Shown: in pieces, positions 1-35,564 of the stretch
Layout: each line of letters begins with the position of its first letter
Position numbering within the stretch: the first letter of the stretch is position 1
Source: Trichinella spiralis
Taxonomy: Eukaryota
Length of the DNA: 64,000 bases
Assembly: GCF_000181795.1 (NCBI RefSeq)
Contig: NW_003526941.1
Location: forward strand, 186,001-250,000
Reading direction: 5' to 3'
Translations under genes and position numbers: made by a program
The notes under the pieces: model-generated
What the model saw: the letters and a program-made list of their open reading frames with translations, nothing else
Database searches by the model: none
What the model was told of the DNA's origin: nothing

Positions 1-49
1 TATTACTGAATAAACAAAATAATTGGAAATTTATAAATGCAAATTTCAG

Positions 50-217
50 GACAAGCTGTGGAAACCTTGCCCGTTTGTAGTGTTTTCCGTTTCATCGGTG
101 CTTTTCATTTTATTCTTTCAATTTACTATTCCTGAAACCAAAGGAATGGCACTGGTGGAAGAATTACCGAATGCTAGAGAAAAAAAGTCACTTACAAAAG
201 CCATCAGTGATAATTAA
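50..217 (+). CDS. Last exon of an MFS transporter, SLC22/organic cation transporter-like (partial; gene starts upstream of the window)
   Basis: Acceptor TTTCAG ends at 49. The exon reads DKLWKPCPFVVFSVSSVLFILFFQFTIPETKGMALVEELP...stop, i.e. a final TM helix followed by the PETKG motif of sugar-porter/SLC22 transporters. Confidence 0.75.
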   Translation, partial: DKLWKPCPFVVFSVSSVLFILFFQFTIPETKGMALVEELPNAREKKSLTKAISDN

Positions 218-569
218 TTTTACCTGAATAGCTGAAAAAATAATTTCTTCTCATTTCGAACGTACCCTTATATAGCATTATTCTTGTGAGAAATAAAAGC
301 AAAATTTTTTAACGATATGCTCCGCATACATCCCCATACAACCATATTCAATAAGCAAATCAGTTGTCTTTATTTGCAAACCTAAAAATATAATATTACA
401 CGTACAATTGAATAATTAAATTGTTGTTAAATTGAAAAGAAAAAAATTTTTTTTCTTTTTACTGCTCACGTCGAACCATTTTGTAATAAGCAATCAAAAA
501 CTACAGTGTTCAACATGCTCAAGTTTTATTTATTTATTTATTTACAGTGCTTGACGAAAATTGAAACGT

Positions 570-2318
570 TCATGTTGCATTTTTGCATTTTCTTGTCTGC
601 TTGTTGCAATGTCGTACATCTTTCTCAGAGCATCTTTCATATCGATATTGCAGATTGGTAGCTGAACAACAAGGACTCCATTCAGTCCAACCGCTCAACT
701 CTGGGTAATCTTTCAACGCCTTTACAAAACTTTGATAACCGTTCCAAGTGGCACGCTGTTTGAAAGAAGCACCGTTTTCTAGAAAGAAAATGAACAGAAA
801 ATGAAAGCATGCTTTCCTACTCGCAACATATATATGTCGTATTGTTGAAATCAGTCAACAAAATACTACGCATCACTATTACCAGCGCAATCAACTTGAT
901 AATAATAGACGTAATATTCATCTTCAGGAACAAACAAATCTGGCCGTGTTGATGCACTTTCCGAATTGAGAATACAATTTTGTATTTCATCCTGAAACAT
1001 GGTTCATTGTGCAAAATTATTCAAAGATTTTTATATTTTTAAAAAATCCAACATCTTTGAAAAACATGGCTGATTTGCAACGGAACATCCCTGTTGATAA
1101 ACACAGTTGAACGCATTCGTCATCGTCAGCAGCGTCTACTACTTGTCTTGCATAGCCAACAAGAACGTATTGTGGAACGAATCGAAACGGTTTAGAACAT
1201 GGTGGAAGATCTTAAAAATATAAAATTAAAAATCCCACTCAACAATCAAAATCCAAAAAAAAAATTGCTTGCAATTATTTTAAAATTGTAAACGAACAGA
1301 AAGAATATTTCAAAGCTCAACGAACAAACTTCAAATAGGGAAATTTTGAAAATTTTCCAATAATCTATCTTTTCAGAAAAACTGAAAACAATACTGCATC
1401 TCATTTCAAATTTCACTCACTTGCATAGCAACGAATTGAATACAGTTTGCTGCCTGAATTTTCTTCTAAGTTATAGAGATCAATTGGTTGACTAGACAAC
1501 TGACACATTCTTCTACTAGAAAACTGAGCAGTCTGACATTTCAGATCCCCAAGCTTCAGTGGACTGCCATATTTGTCCTAAAAGATGTGCAATTTTTTTC
1601 AAAAATGACTTTCTGCAAAATAATCAAGCTATTCATATTTTACTCGATTTTCTTTGCAAGCTGTCAAACATTCTGCTTCACTGTGACCAGATAAGTCGTA
1701 AAATGGAATAGTTGTGGAAACGAAATTTTGCAGTAAAACCAATTTTGGAAGTGTAGAGCCCTCGCATTGGAATGTCGACACTTCCGTAGTAAGAACGCAT
1801 GATTCAGAAGGTCTAATTAAGACATCTTGTGTATTAAATTGAAATGTCACAATAAAATGATAAAGTGAAAAATGATCTTCACTTTCTAATTCATACAAAT
1901 AATTTTACTTACCTAATTTACTTTTTTACATGCTAACTTTAATTTACTTAACACAATTAATACATAGCTGCTATTGAAAAAATAAAAGGACAAATAAAAA
2001 TTAATTGAATCAAAAAAAAAGAAAAAGAAATTACTTGAAATAAGAATAACCACGAAAAGATGCCAAACACTGAGGAAATGAATTTCCATGTACAGCATAT
2101 AAATCACAAACACTACGCATGTAATCGTACACAACAGAGAGGCACTGATATGAACCAGTACCAGGTCGCTTATCAAGACAAAATTTCAAACATTCTTCAC
2201 AACCAATTTCACTTCTTCTTTCGAAAGGAGCTCCATTAGCAATAGCTGTATCAGCTCTCATTATAAAACAATTAGCAGCTAAAAATACAACAATAACGAC
2301 AACAAAGATGAAAAACAT
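570..2318 (-). CDS. Multi-exon, probably secreted protein with three PAN/Apple domains and a C-terminal TSP1-like segment
   Basis: Exons at about 2278-2035 (CEECLKFC...QCLSVVYDYMRSVCDLY), 1825-1643 (EAECLTACKENR), 1577-1421 (KCQTAQFSSRRMCQLS), 1210-1052 (QYVLVGYARQVV...ECVQLC...CKSAMFF), 991-883 (NCILNSESASTRPDLF) and 779-570 (GWTEWSPCC...stop TGA 572-570). The 5' end and the junction near 1910-2030 are unresolved. Confidence 0.75.
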
Positions 2319-3962
2319 ACACTTACATTTTTCAGTGCATATGCAGTTAATGTTACATATGCATGCACTTACAAATTGCTATTGCAAATTTCAACAATTG
2401 GTCATAATATTCATATCACCTTTCTGATAGTATTTATAGTATTCAATTCATTCTAATAATATGTCAATAAACGTGTTACTTATACTTTTTGCAAAATTAA
2501 AATTAAAATAATGTTCTACAATAAAATTACAAAAATTGACAAATGAACAAATTCAAAAAATAAAATAATTCTTTTTTATGATGAACATGCATGTCACAAT
2601 CAGTTAGTTTTCATAGATGAAATAGAAAAAGTGAAAAGCCTATGATTATATTTATTCAACCGCTTTTAAGTATTTGCTCGTGAAATATTTGTTCGTAGTA
2701 AAAAAAATTGCATAGTATTTTGCAATTTCAATAATAGTAATACAAAATCAATATTCAATAAATCTCTCTCTACAGTTATTAATTGAATTCTGATTTCCAA
2801 TCAAAAACTGCTCCCCAATTCAAATTGAAATTAAATTCTTAATATGATGTAATGATGACAGTACTAAAACACAAATAATAATTAGGACAAACGTACAGCT
2901 CATTCATCAATATGAAAGTGTAAATTAAGTTTACATTTCACCCAAAACCGTTGTCTTCAAATACTTGAACATAGACAAACAACCTTTTCAAAATGCTTCA
3001 CTTATAAAATAAACATTCTCATTCATTAAAAATCTAAATTGATTTCAATGTGCAACACCGTAATAATATTTTCATTAATAAAACACATCCATCATATATA
3101 AATATACATATACATGTTTAGATTTATTTATTTTCGTTTAGATCAAAATCATATAATTGCCAGTAATGTACAAATTATTAATTGTATAGACAAAAGAAGT
3201 CAAAAAAAAGAAGATTATAAATTTTTCTTAAAAGTGTACCAGAACTGTCATCAAAGAATAAAATTACAGTATATTTTATAGATAATTCAAATAAATAAAT
3301 CAAAATGTATTAAATATGGAAATAAACAAATAAAACCTAGATCGATAAATATTTGAAAAGTATATTGAAATGTAAAAACAAAATGCAAAAATTAAATGAA
3401 ATAAATTACAAATTTTTAAAATCATTAGCATTATTTTACAACGTACTTGCATTCATGTGCATAGCTTATTTGTTTAAGATTAAAGGAAAATTTTTTTAAC
3501 AATTCAAATAAGCCACAATTATTGCAAAACAAGCAAGCAAACTGCATTAAAAGTTATAAGTAGTATGTATTTGTACGAACTGATATGATTGTTCTTGCCT
3601 ATTAGTTCTTGATTAGCTTGGTGATTTATAATTTTACAATTTGTTTAATATTTATTTGCACTTTCTTGCAAATACATCACTTTTAAATAAAATTAAAATT
3701 TATGATTAAAGTTGAAATATTTACACTCGAATATTCAACTGATTTCATACAACAGTTTCAAACAACAAATGGTGAGGTAAGAAATAAAATCACATATAAT
3801 TTACATACAATTTGTCTCATGCTAATCTTATTATCTACTTTGTCAATCGAAATCACAATCCAAATCATGATTATTCAAATTGATGTTATTCAAGTTACAA
3901 ATTAAATAAAATATTATATGACAATAAGAAAAATATGCAAAAAGAGAAACAGAAATTGATAC

Positions 3963-4155
3963 CTTTGCCGCATTGCAGATTAGCTGCAGATGCAGCAGGT
4001 GAATACTGTGGGCTGACTTCAAAAGAAGGAATCAACGATGTATCCACATGACAGGTAACGTGATCCATTGGAGATTGGACAGATACTTGATGATAAGCTT
4101 GTGTGGTGAATACAATAAAAAGAAAATAAATAATAAATTTCAAAATAGCATTCAT
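3963..4155 (-). CDS. Candidate signal-peptide exon, possibly exon 1 of the PAN-domain gene
   Basis: ATG at 4155 opens MNAILKFIIYFLFIVFTTQA-YHQVSV...LQCGK, ending in a phase-1 donor G|GTATCA. This is phase-compatible with the phase-1 acceptor TTTTAG|CT at 2278. Confidence 0.5.
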
Positions 4156-5439
4156 TGTGCAAAGAATGAAATCAAATTCCTTCTTGCTCGCTGTTGTAGG
4201 TTTCACTTTGTATATATATGTATATTTTTTTAATTTTAAACTACACCTTTACTAATGTTCAGTTAAAAATTTGTCCGTTGCTATTTTGGATTTTTCTTTT
4301 CACCAATGCCACTGCATGAGCAGAGTTTATTTATTTGACTTGTTGGTTAATTAGGCTATAAAGTGATCGACATTTTGCTGCACTGTTCAGGAAATGCGCG
4401 ACACCCTGTTCTGCACCTTCTCCATTCGAAATAAATAATTGGTTGGGAAGCGTTTTGTCCATTTTGCTAATCGACGTTGCCACTTTCTTTTGCTTAGAAA
4501 ATCCAAATTCAAGTAACAAAATTAATTTAGGTCAAACGATTTCACCAAGAGCAGGTTCTTGGATCTTCTACCACGCTTGCTTATTATTTCCGTAATATAA
4601 CAATTCAAAGTGAACATATTTCATCGCAAAAGTACTTGATCACCAGAAAAGATATCCAGAAATGAACACAATGTCATCACAATCATGACAAAATTTCTTA
4701 AATCAAAAAATGCACTGCATATACTTTTCGCTTCAACATTTATCATTTTAAATGTTCATAAAAATTCTGCTTTCACTCCAATTCCACAACAACTCAATTC
4801 ATATTCAGCATATTCAGCTTATTTCCTGTAACTGAACTTTACCAGAAAAGTTTTCTCCATTATTCAAGCTTCATCATTCCTAAAAATCAAATTCAATGGC
4901 AACAGCTTCATTTTAATGGCAATTTTTTCCAGCTACATTATATCAATGATATATTCATACGATAAAAATTCCGTTCACTACTTTATAAATGAATGAATTA
5001 AACAAAAAAAAATATAATTCATAATCTATTGAAAAAATTGAATAAAATTATTGTTTATTGATTTGAAAATCAATTAAATTCAAAAATAATATTTTACGCT
5101 CTCACTGTGAATAAACTAAAATAATAAAAATTTATCACACGTATATTACTTCGTTTATACATATACATACACACACATATATGTGTGCGTGCAAGTATTT
5201 GTATGTATGAGTACACATGGATGTGTGAGAGTCAATTCACAATAAAGCAGAATATATCTACAGTTTACAAAATCATAAGCATGCAGTCCATTTAAAGGCA
5301 GTTAGGCAGACATAGCGTTGAGTAGATTCAGCAAAGTAACTGAGCATCAAGCAGTTCATTACTACATTCCTTAAAATAATATAATATATATATATTTATT
5401 TATTTATTGCTAAGTTTTGCATAACTACAGTATTGCTGC

Positions 5440-8400
5440 TCAGTTTTGCGCAATTATAGCTGTCAGCATAACAGCTGAAGTCGGTCTCACATCGCACTGA
5501 AAACCTGCCGAAGGCATCAAGTGACCGTAACTGAAATTGTCAAACACATCTTCAACCTGATATCCAAATGGATTTTGAAGTCCAATCAATTCTAATTTTT
5601 CCACAGTAACCACGGCCTACAAAAGACAACAGCTTTGCCAATTTCAGCCGGACAATTTTGTTCTTCAAGCTTCAGCGGTTGCAATTTTCAGTTATTTTTA
5701 AAAAAACTCAATTCATCATAAAAACAGAAACCTCGAGTAGCTCAAGAAAAATAATGCCATTGAACTTTTCTAAGTGCATACTTTAAACTGCATACTTTAT
5801 AAGCGGCTATTCCAGGAACAATTACTGAATTGTAATGATCAAAATTTTGAACAAAGAAAATATGAAAAAAAAATAACAAAATAAACCCTTCCACCAATGT
5901 TTAAATGGAATTTTTCAAATAAGAAGTTTTTTCTATGCTAAATCACTGCATAAGACACTTGCAGTGTAATAAAATAAACTTACTCTATCCGTCGGGTGTC
6001 TGTTCAAAAACACAAAAGCATATGAATGTTGATTAGTCTTACTAACTGGAGTTATAGGCTTTTTGTAAACGCTTACATATCCACTCTGAAAATCATGGAG
6101 CAGTCAATAATACACAAGCAACACAAAACGCACAACAACATTACTTTGTAAATCAATCTTCCCATAATACCTAAAGGATCTTGGTCAACTGCAATTGCCT
6201 TTTTGTTGAGCAAAATTTCACGGTAATATGGAGATATGAATCTTAGATCATTGGACATAAGTAAAGGTGCCGACCATATGCACCATACAGCCATTTGAGC
6301 CCTTGCTTGGTCTATGGACAATCCGGGGTAACCAATAATAAGCTGAAATGAAGAAAATAATTTTGTTTTGCTCATTCAATTAAGCACACTTTCCATTATA
6401 ATACAACAGAAATTAGTTCATTTCTCCACTTGAACGCCATAAATTTATTTTTTACGCAAATTTTTATCTGATTTTATCTTTTAATACAAAAGAATTGATA
6501 CAGTATAAATAAAATTTGAACATTTCACCCAAATTAATAATGAGCTTTTCAGTATCCATTCAAAAAATAAAAAAAAACTTACTAACACATTCAAATTTTG
6601 GTCAAGTTCCTTGATATAACATTAGATACTAATTAGTTTTTATTCTCTTGTACAATACAGTAACTGAAAATGAAAAAACATGCAATTACTTTCAAAACTA
6701 AAATCTTAAAAAACAAATATACTTGAACTAACAATATAAATTACATATACATCAAATTTTCAAATAGAATTATAGTTAATTATTAATGTTAATTATACAA
6801 CGCATTATCTTATAGTAATGCACACCGAGTATAACAGATATACAGACTGAAATATTTAATAATATTAATGAAATGATACAATGACACATACTGTCGCGCA
6901 TGTATGCTCACAATAAACTGAAAAATTATGAAAAATAAATTCTGATAAATTCATTTTCATTTTTACTTTACTTAGATCTTTTTCGCAACAAGCACACTTT
7001 ACTTTTGACAATTTACTAATAATAACATAAATGTTGAGAAAATGTTTTTACCATATCGGGATCATTCCATCGTCCTGGACCTGAAGCTGCTGCTAAATCG
7101 TCTTCATTTTTATCATAAAAATCGATTATTTTCAATATCGAATGCCAGGATAAACTGATATCATTATAATTACGCCACATGTTGCAGGACTGAGCAACTG
7201 ACAAATAATCTGGCTATAAAACAGTGCACTGCATTACCAATAATTGCAAAAAAACAACGTTAGAAATCACCACTAAAAAAGACTTATAAATTAAATGTAC
7301 AAATAAACAAAATTAAGATTAATTTCCAAAAAGTAGTTCATCATCTACAACGCCACAAATTTCCATACCTTTATCCTTAGAGATACTTCGTAAGCTGGCC
7401 AACTGCAGGAATAAATAATGCGTCGTCCAGTTTCATTCAAGTATCGGCTCATTTCTGAATAACCTGTAACAACAGAAATTTCTACCAATGCTACTAACTA
7501 AAAAACAAATATTAAAATACAACTTGGAAAACTTCCTCTTAATAAAGTCAATGGTTTTATTCGCTATTTAACAATAATAATCATAATCATAATCATAATA
7601 TTTTCTGTACGGACTTCGAAACGATGACAACCGAACGCATAAAAAATAAAAGATTTTCAATGAAGCGACTTTTTTAATTAAAATTTTCCAAAAAGTATAA
7701 ATTAAAAAAATGCACCATTTATACACTTTAACAATTTATCCAACGCATCAACTCTTCTACTGCAATTAATTTTGAAAAGTGGTAGTGGATTTTAATGAAT
7801 GCAAAGAAATGAATTAAAATAATCTGTACAATTAAATACAGACCAATTGTCAAAAATAATAATTTATTACTATTATAAATTATGCAGATTTTTTCAGAAC
7901 GTGAATGTTTGTTTCTTCATCGTTTCAACAATCCACTATTTACAAATGTAATGCCAATAGACGGTATTATTTGGTTGAGAAGATAAGGGGAAATGATATA
8001 ATAAATCTTAAATAAAAAGTATCACGTTAATTTTTGAAATTTTTGAATTTATATTTACAAAAAAATAAAAATTATATTAAAAACAGTAAAAATACAAAAA
8101 AAACAATGCACAATAACAACACTGCATCTTTTTTTTCCTATTTCAAGTACAATAAATGCAATGTGACAATTTCAACCGATGAAGACGATGATATATCATT
8201 AATGATAAACTACAATATGTATTCATGTTCAAAATTGAAACAATTAACCAACTGAAGAATTATGAAAACAATTAGAGCAAAGCCACAAAACAAATTTCAT
8301 ATGCATTTTTTCACTGAGCGATGACAATCGTACATTTTACAAAACTCACGGTTGACTGACTTTCCTTCCATACACAACCATTTACAGAAACGTTGAAAAT

Positions 8401-10557
8401 AATGTGAACCAAAAATAATTAAAATTATCACAGTGGAAAGAAATTATTATCGTTCCTTCTATACCCACTTACAAGTTCAACAAACTTCTTGCATAAGAAA
8501 AAAAACTGCAAATGCATTCATTGTAACTAATTAAAAAATATAAATAAAGCACTTTCTTTCCACTTCAGTTATTCGAAATATATATATATTATACTTCGAG
8601 CATCGAAATAAATGAAATGCTAAAATTGGAGTGCATTAAAAATTGTTTTTAAATACATCTTTTCCATTACTGCTAAATGAAAAAAAATCATAAATAGAAA
8701 TAGAGAGATTAAATCACTGATGGATCAATCTTTCATTAAATACTTCAAACACACCACTGCTGTTATTTGCAAATTCGAATGTATTTAATCATCCAATAAT
8801 GTGCGCTTTAAAATTACTCTTTCTAAGCAAATCTCTAAAAATATACAACTTAACATTAGCTGTTATTTTATTATCAACACGTTCTGCTGATTAATTAATG
8901 CATAACTCCAGATGCTTACAGTTACTTGTACAGAATAAAACAAAGAAATCTTTTTACAGAGATAATCTTTTAAATCTTATCCACAAATTGTATTCTAGAA
9001 TAATTTAAACAATACTTAGCAACTGTACAGAATAGGATATTATTGTGCTTAAAATTTCAAAAAGTAACTGGTAAAATAAGATGATAATTTTAAAAAGTAC
9101 AAAATGAAAATAATACCACAATATCTCCTCAACAACAACAATAATAATAATAATAGCATGCATTACGAAATAATTATCTCTGAAATCAAAATCAGTTTGC
9201 AAAACAATATTTTGAACTTCTTTTTCTGTTCATTTTCGTAAAGTTTACAAATCCTGCAAATATGAAACTTCATTTTAAGAAACCGTTATTAACAAAACGT
9301 TGTTTTCCTCTAACTAAATTGATGGAAAACACAATTCATTAACGATGTTTAAGGCAATACACAACGTAAAGACGTTAGCAAAAATTTACGACCGTCACAT
9401 GCCGAAAAACGACTCCAAATGCTTAACGTTCGTTTGAATAAATACTAAATGCCAAACTTGCAAACGTCATTCTCATTCCTTGTGCTATGCAAACCGCTAA
9501 AAATGCCGACATTCTGAACTAAAACTGAGCAGCTTGAAAAATAACAATTATTATTAGCATAGAAAGAAGCCAAATTAATGCAAAACACCAACCAACGAAC
9601 CAACACGCAGAACTTTATTCATTTTGATTTGTTTTGCTTTATTCTTTCCATTTTATCCTTTCTTAACTGCAAATTCTGTTTTTTCAAATAACACTTCTAT
9701 TCAATTAACATTAGTTAGTCTTCACTTTCTTCCAAACAAAAAAAAAGAGACATGCAATTCTTTCACAACAATTATTCCGATAATAACTATTTTCTCACCT
9801 AGACGTTAATAATCGTGGTCCACCGAGAGTTACTTGTTAATTAATTCAGATTTTGTAGTATTTTTTGAATATAATACTCCTGCTGAGTATATATTTCAAT
9901 ATGTGTATTTCAAACCTGCTGGCATGAGAGAAACGTCAACATTGCAGCCATCCAACTTGAGCATATCAACATCCCAACTTGCAAAAGTCTGTGCATCGAG
10001 TTTCAAAAAGTACAAGCTTCCAGGATAACGAGCACATGTTTCTGTTCCAAAATCGCCGTATATGCCAAGCTTCAAATTGCGGTCGTGCATCTATGAAAAA
10101 TAAACGTTAATTTGTGAACATACATTACTGTCCACCTGTGTTCGTACATATCTGGCAAGTTGCTTTATCCCTAAAAATAGAACTGACATTAGCAGAAAGC
10201 ATTAAAGTAAATAAATAGAAATCGTAATAATCTACCTGATGGAAATCGAGTTCGATCTGCAACCAGCTGATCATTAGAATCTCTTTTCATCTCAGACCAG
10301 CAATCGTCAATATTCACTAAATTATAGCCAGCTTCTAAATAACCATCTTCAACAAGTCGATCAGCCATATCCATATATAGTGCTTCATTGATGCACGACA
10401 ACGGATAACGACTGCAATCTGTTTGACAACCAAAAGCCGCCCAGCTTAGCCAACCCATTGGTGGTGTCAAAGCTACACCATTATCCAGTGCTCGAAGACT
10501 AACCGGCCAACTAGCTGAAATCCAAATGAAAAATATCCAAGAAACCATTCGCGTCAT
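5440..10557 (-). CDS. NAGA: GH27 alpha-N-acetylgalactosaminidase / alpha-galactosidase (gana-1-like), about 8 exons
   Basis: Signal peptide, then [29 protein letters not shown] (nucleophile Asp), YSCSWPAY (NAGA-type pocket; GLA has YSCEWPLY), WRNYNDI, WNDPDM and [10 protein letters not shown]. Includes a 23-nt microexon at 10148-10170 and an intron of about 2.45 kb. Stop TGA at 5442-5440. Confidence 0.93.
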
Positions 10558-10636
10558 TTTTCCTTTTCGCTCAAACTTTATTTATCAACTACTTCCTTCT
10601 TCACTTCAAATGCCAGAAAGAATCTTGAATGACTAA

Positions 10637-10666
10637 ATGAATGAATGAATGAATGAATGAATGAAT
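10637..10666. repeat. (GAAT)n microsatellite upstream of the NAGA start
   Basis: Directly visible tandem ATGA/GAAT units. Confidence 0.9.
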
Positions 10667-11162
10667 GCACGAATGAAACATATTCCATCGAATTACTGTA
10701 AAAATGAGAAAATAAGGTGCTGTCTAAGCGAAGATATTAGATACAAATCTAAACTAACCTATTGAACTCATGTTCCATCACCTGCCTATCCATCACAGAA
10801 AGTCAAGGTTACAAATCATTGTACGTATGTGGTGGCTGGCAATTACGAAAATTTTTACCTTCATTTGACATGTAACACAAATAAAAAAATAAGAAAAAAT
10901 ATACATTATCACAATTTCAGATTGTCCATGCATCAACTAACATCGCTGCTTGAGCAAAATGACCGGATGATTAATTAGTAGTTCAAATTTTCAGTCATAT
11001 CAGGCAAGAAAACGTCAAAAAGCAAGTGAAAAAAACCAATTTCGTAATAAACTGCAATCAATCGTAATTGTTCCATTGCCAACCGAATGCTATGCGCTTG
11101 GTGATGTACTTGACGTTACAGTTGCTCAAAAATCGTCACTGTAATTGATCAAAAATGATATG

Positions 11163-11193
11163 AATAAATAAATAAATAAATAAATAAATAAAT
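11163..11193. repeat. (AAAT)n microsatellite
   Basis: Directly visible tandem units. Confidence 0.9.
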
Positions 11194-11535
11194 ACAGTCA
11201 AGCGGTCAGAAAAGCAGAATAAGGCAAATAATGAATGAGTAACAACAGCTGGAAAACTCGAAGAAAAACAGGATGATAATGACGACAAAAAAACTACCCA
11301 GTAGGAACCTTCTTTCATCTTCAACATACTGTAAAAAAATCCACTGAGATCTGAAATTTTACAAAAATGAAATGCTGAAACAATTATTTTGCTTGAATAT
11401 ATAGTTGAAAAACTAAATCCAATTCAAATAATCAATCCATTTATTGCAGAATTGGTTCAGTTTTACAAACTGCATAAATTGATGACGTTTATTCAATCAC
11501 GTTCATGGAGTTGAATTAGTTCATTATTAACGCTC

Positions 11536-12888
11536 TCATGGAGGCATGCGAAGACCTCCGTCAATTCGTATAACTTCACCATTAATCATTGGATTTTCAA
11601 TCACGCTTTTAACTAAATGTCCAAATTCAACTGGTTCACCAAATCGATGCGGATAAGGAGTTAGTCGACCAAAAAACTGTCGCACTTTTTCAGGAAGAAA
11701 AGATGTCAACGGAGTGTTAAACAAGCCTGTTAAAAAAGGTGATGAAAATTATTTAAAAACACACTGAAGTTTTTCCATAACCATGAATGCACACACTGCA
11801 AAGCATTGCGTCATCTCACTCGCACAGTGTGTTAAAAATATCTCACTTGTGCAATTTTACGATAAAAATGGTAAATCACTGGATAAAATAAAAATTTAAA
11901 CGGTATATACCAGGTGCAATGGTGACAACCCTTATACGATGTCTCGAACAGTCCCTAGCTAATGGCAGAGTCATGGAATTCAGCGCCCCACAACAGGCAG
12001 CATAAGCTGCCTGCCCTTGCTGACCATCAAAAGCGGCAGTGCTCGACGTTACAATAATAACTCCACGCTCTTCATCCTCTGCCAACTCTTTCTCCAACAT
12101 CATACCAATACTCTGACGTATTACATTAAAAGTTCCAAGAACGTTCACCTGAAACGGATTTCACAATTCTAATAATATATACACAGCACATGTCAACAAT
12201 TCTGCTGCAATATACAATTTGTGAATGAAAAATTCACAACTTCCTCAGAAATGCATGGTAAAAAAATATTTCAAATGAGCACAAGCTGCGTGAGAATGAA
12301 TATAAGAAATATTTTTTACTCGGAATACATTTTCAAACGGTTCCAGTGGATGCGGTTGCTTCTTGGTGTTGTTGTAAACGGTGAATGCTATGCCTATCGC
12401 TGCGCAATTCACAACCGCATCCAATTTGCCAAATTTCTGTCGACAAAATTCCAACGTTTTGCTAACATCTGACTCTGATGTAACCTAAATCAACGTGCCA
12501 AACACTGACTTTAGTTCACTTTAATAGATTGACTGAGTAGATAAGTACAGACAGCTTCTGTAAAAGAAATAAAACATTCTCCCTCCCCCCACCCCACCCC
12601 ACGGAATGCTCACTTACATCACCAGGGCTGAAGACAACATCCGTTTTGTGCAAAGATTCGGCCACTTCTGCTCCAGAAGAAGTTGGCAAATCCATCAAAA
12701 CAATCTTTGAACCCATCTTCAACAACTGTTCAGCACAGCCTTTTCCCAAGCCTGAAGCTCCTCCAGTAATCAGTGCGACCAAATTCTATTCAATTATGTA
12801 CATTTCAGCGAACTGGCAACATCAAATAATACTACATCCATCATACACTGCACTACATTAAACTTACTCGACTTTTGGACAACACCAT
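11536..12888 (-). CDS. HSD17B10: 3-hydroxyacyl-CoA dehydrogenase type 2 / 17-beta-HSD10 (ard-1/scully family SDR), 5 exons
   Basis: MVLSKSR|NLVALITGGASGLGKG, VNCAAIG, VNVLGTFNVIR, ERGVII, MTLPLARD, TIAPGLFNTPL and INGEVIRIDGGLRMPP-stop all match the HSD17B10 family. Confidence 0.93.
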
Positions 12889-13242
12889 TCTGTAAAACAA
12901 CAAAAAAAATACATTACAGAATTTTCACAACAAATCAACTTTCAACTTCTTGATCACAAACAATAATATTATGATGGAACAACAGAACCACAAGTTTAGC
13001 TGAAAAAGTGAAGAAAAATAAGCAAAACAGATCACTTTATTAATTTGAATCAATCGTATTATCAATTCATATACACAAAAAGCACATATCAATGCAATGC
13101 ACAAACGCAGAATTAAAATAATAAGCATAAAATATATCGAAATCATTCGTATTAGTTGAGAGGAATTATCATGGAAGACAAAAAAAATGGCCAGTCAAAA
13201 TAACCGATGCCTATTTTTGATTTTAAAACACAGTTCCAATAA

Positions 13243-34978
<21,736 letters not shown>

Positions 34979-35519
34979 TTTGTAACCGTGTCAAAGCTAA
35001 AGGAAACTATCATAAAATAAAATAAAATAAAATTTCAAACTGCTTCTGCACCAGCTACAGCTCTTTCATACACTACTGACGAAAATATAAAAACATACCG
35101 GTTCTTAATAATGCAACAGCTCAGAAAAATAAACCTACTAATTTCGAAATCAATATAATTTTATAGTATAAAAAGCAAAATATTCAACACTATAAAAAGT
35201 ACTAAGAACTACCGTAATTAAATAATGTATCTTATCATCAGTTAAAATGCACGTACGTGCTCATTTAATGCAATGCAATAACTGACAAATCTTGTCAAAT
35301 TGTGTTGTTTTTATAAAAAAAACAGAAAACAAAATTTATACAATATGCTTCAAGAGGATTAAAAACTGTCAACGTTTCGAACACAGCATGCTAGTTTGCG
35401 AAAATTAAAAGCTAAAATATTTTCAACTTCAAAATTTGAAATTTAATCAGAGCAGAAGTCTTGAACAAAAATTATCAAAATAAATCAAATCGAGCACTTT
35501 CAAACATTTTAATTTACAG

Positions 35520-35564
<45 letters not shown>

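Noticed and set aside
4331..4519. 62-aa minus-strand ORF in a slightly GC-richer block
   Set aside because: Non-ATG start, no recognisable homology and no clear splice framework.
11781..11832. Hairpin (ACACACTG...CAGTGTGT) in an HSD17B10 intron
   Set aside because: A single imperfect stem without H/ACA or C/D boxes or miRNA-like geometry.
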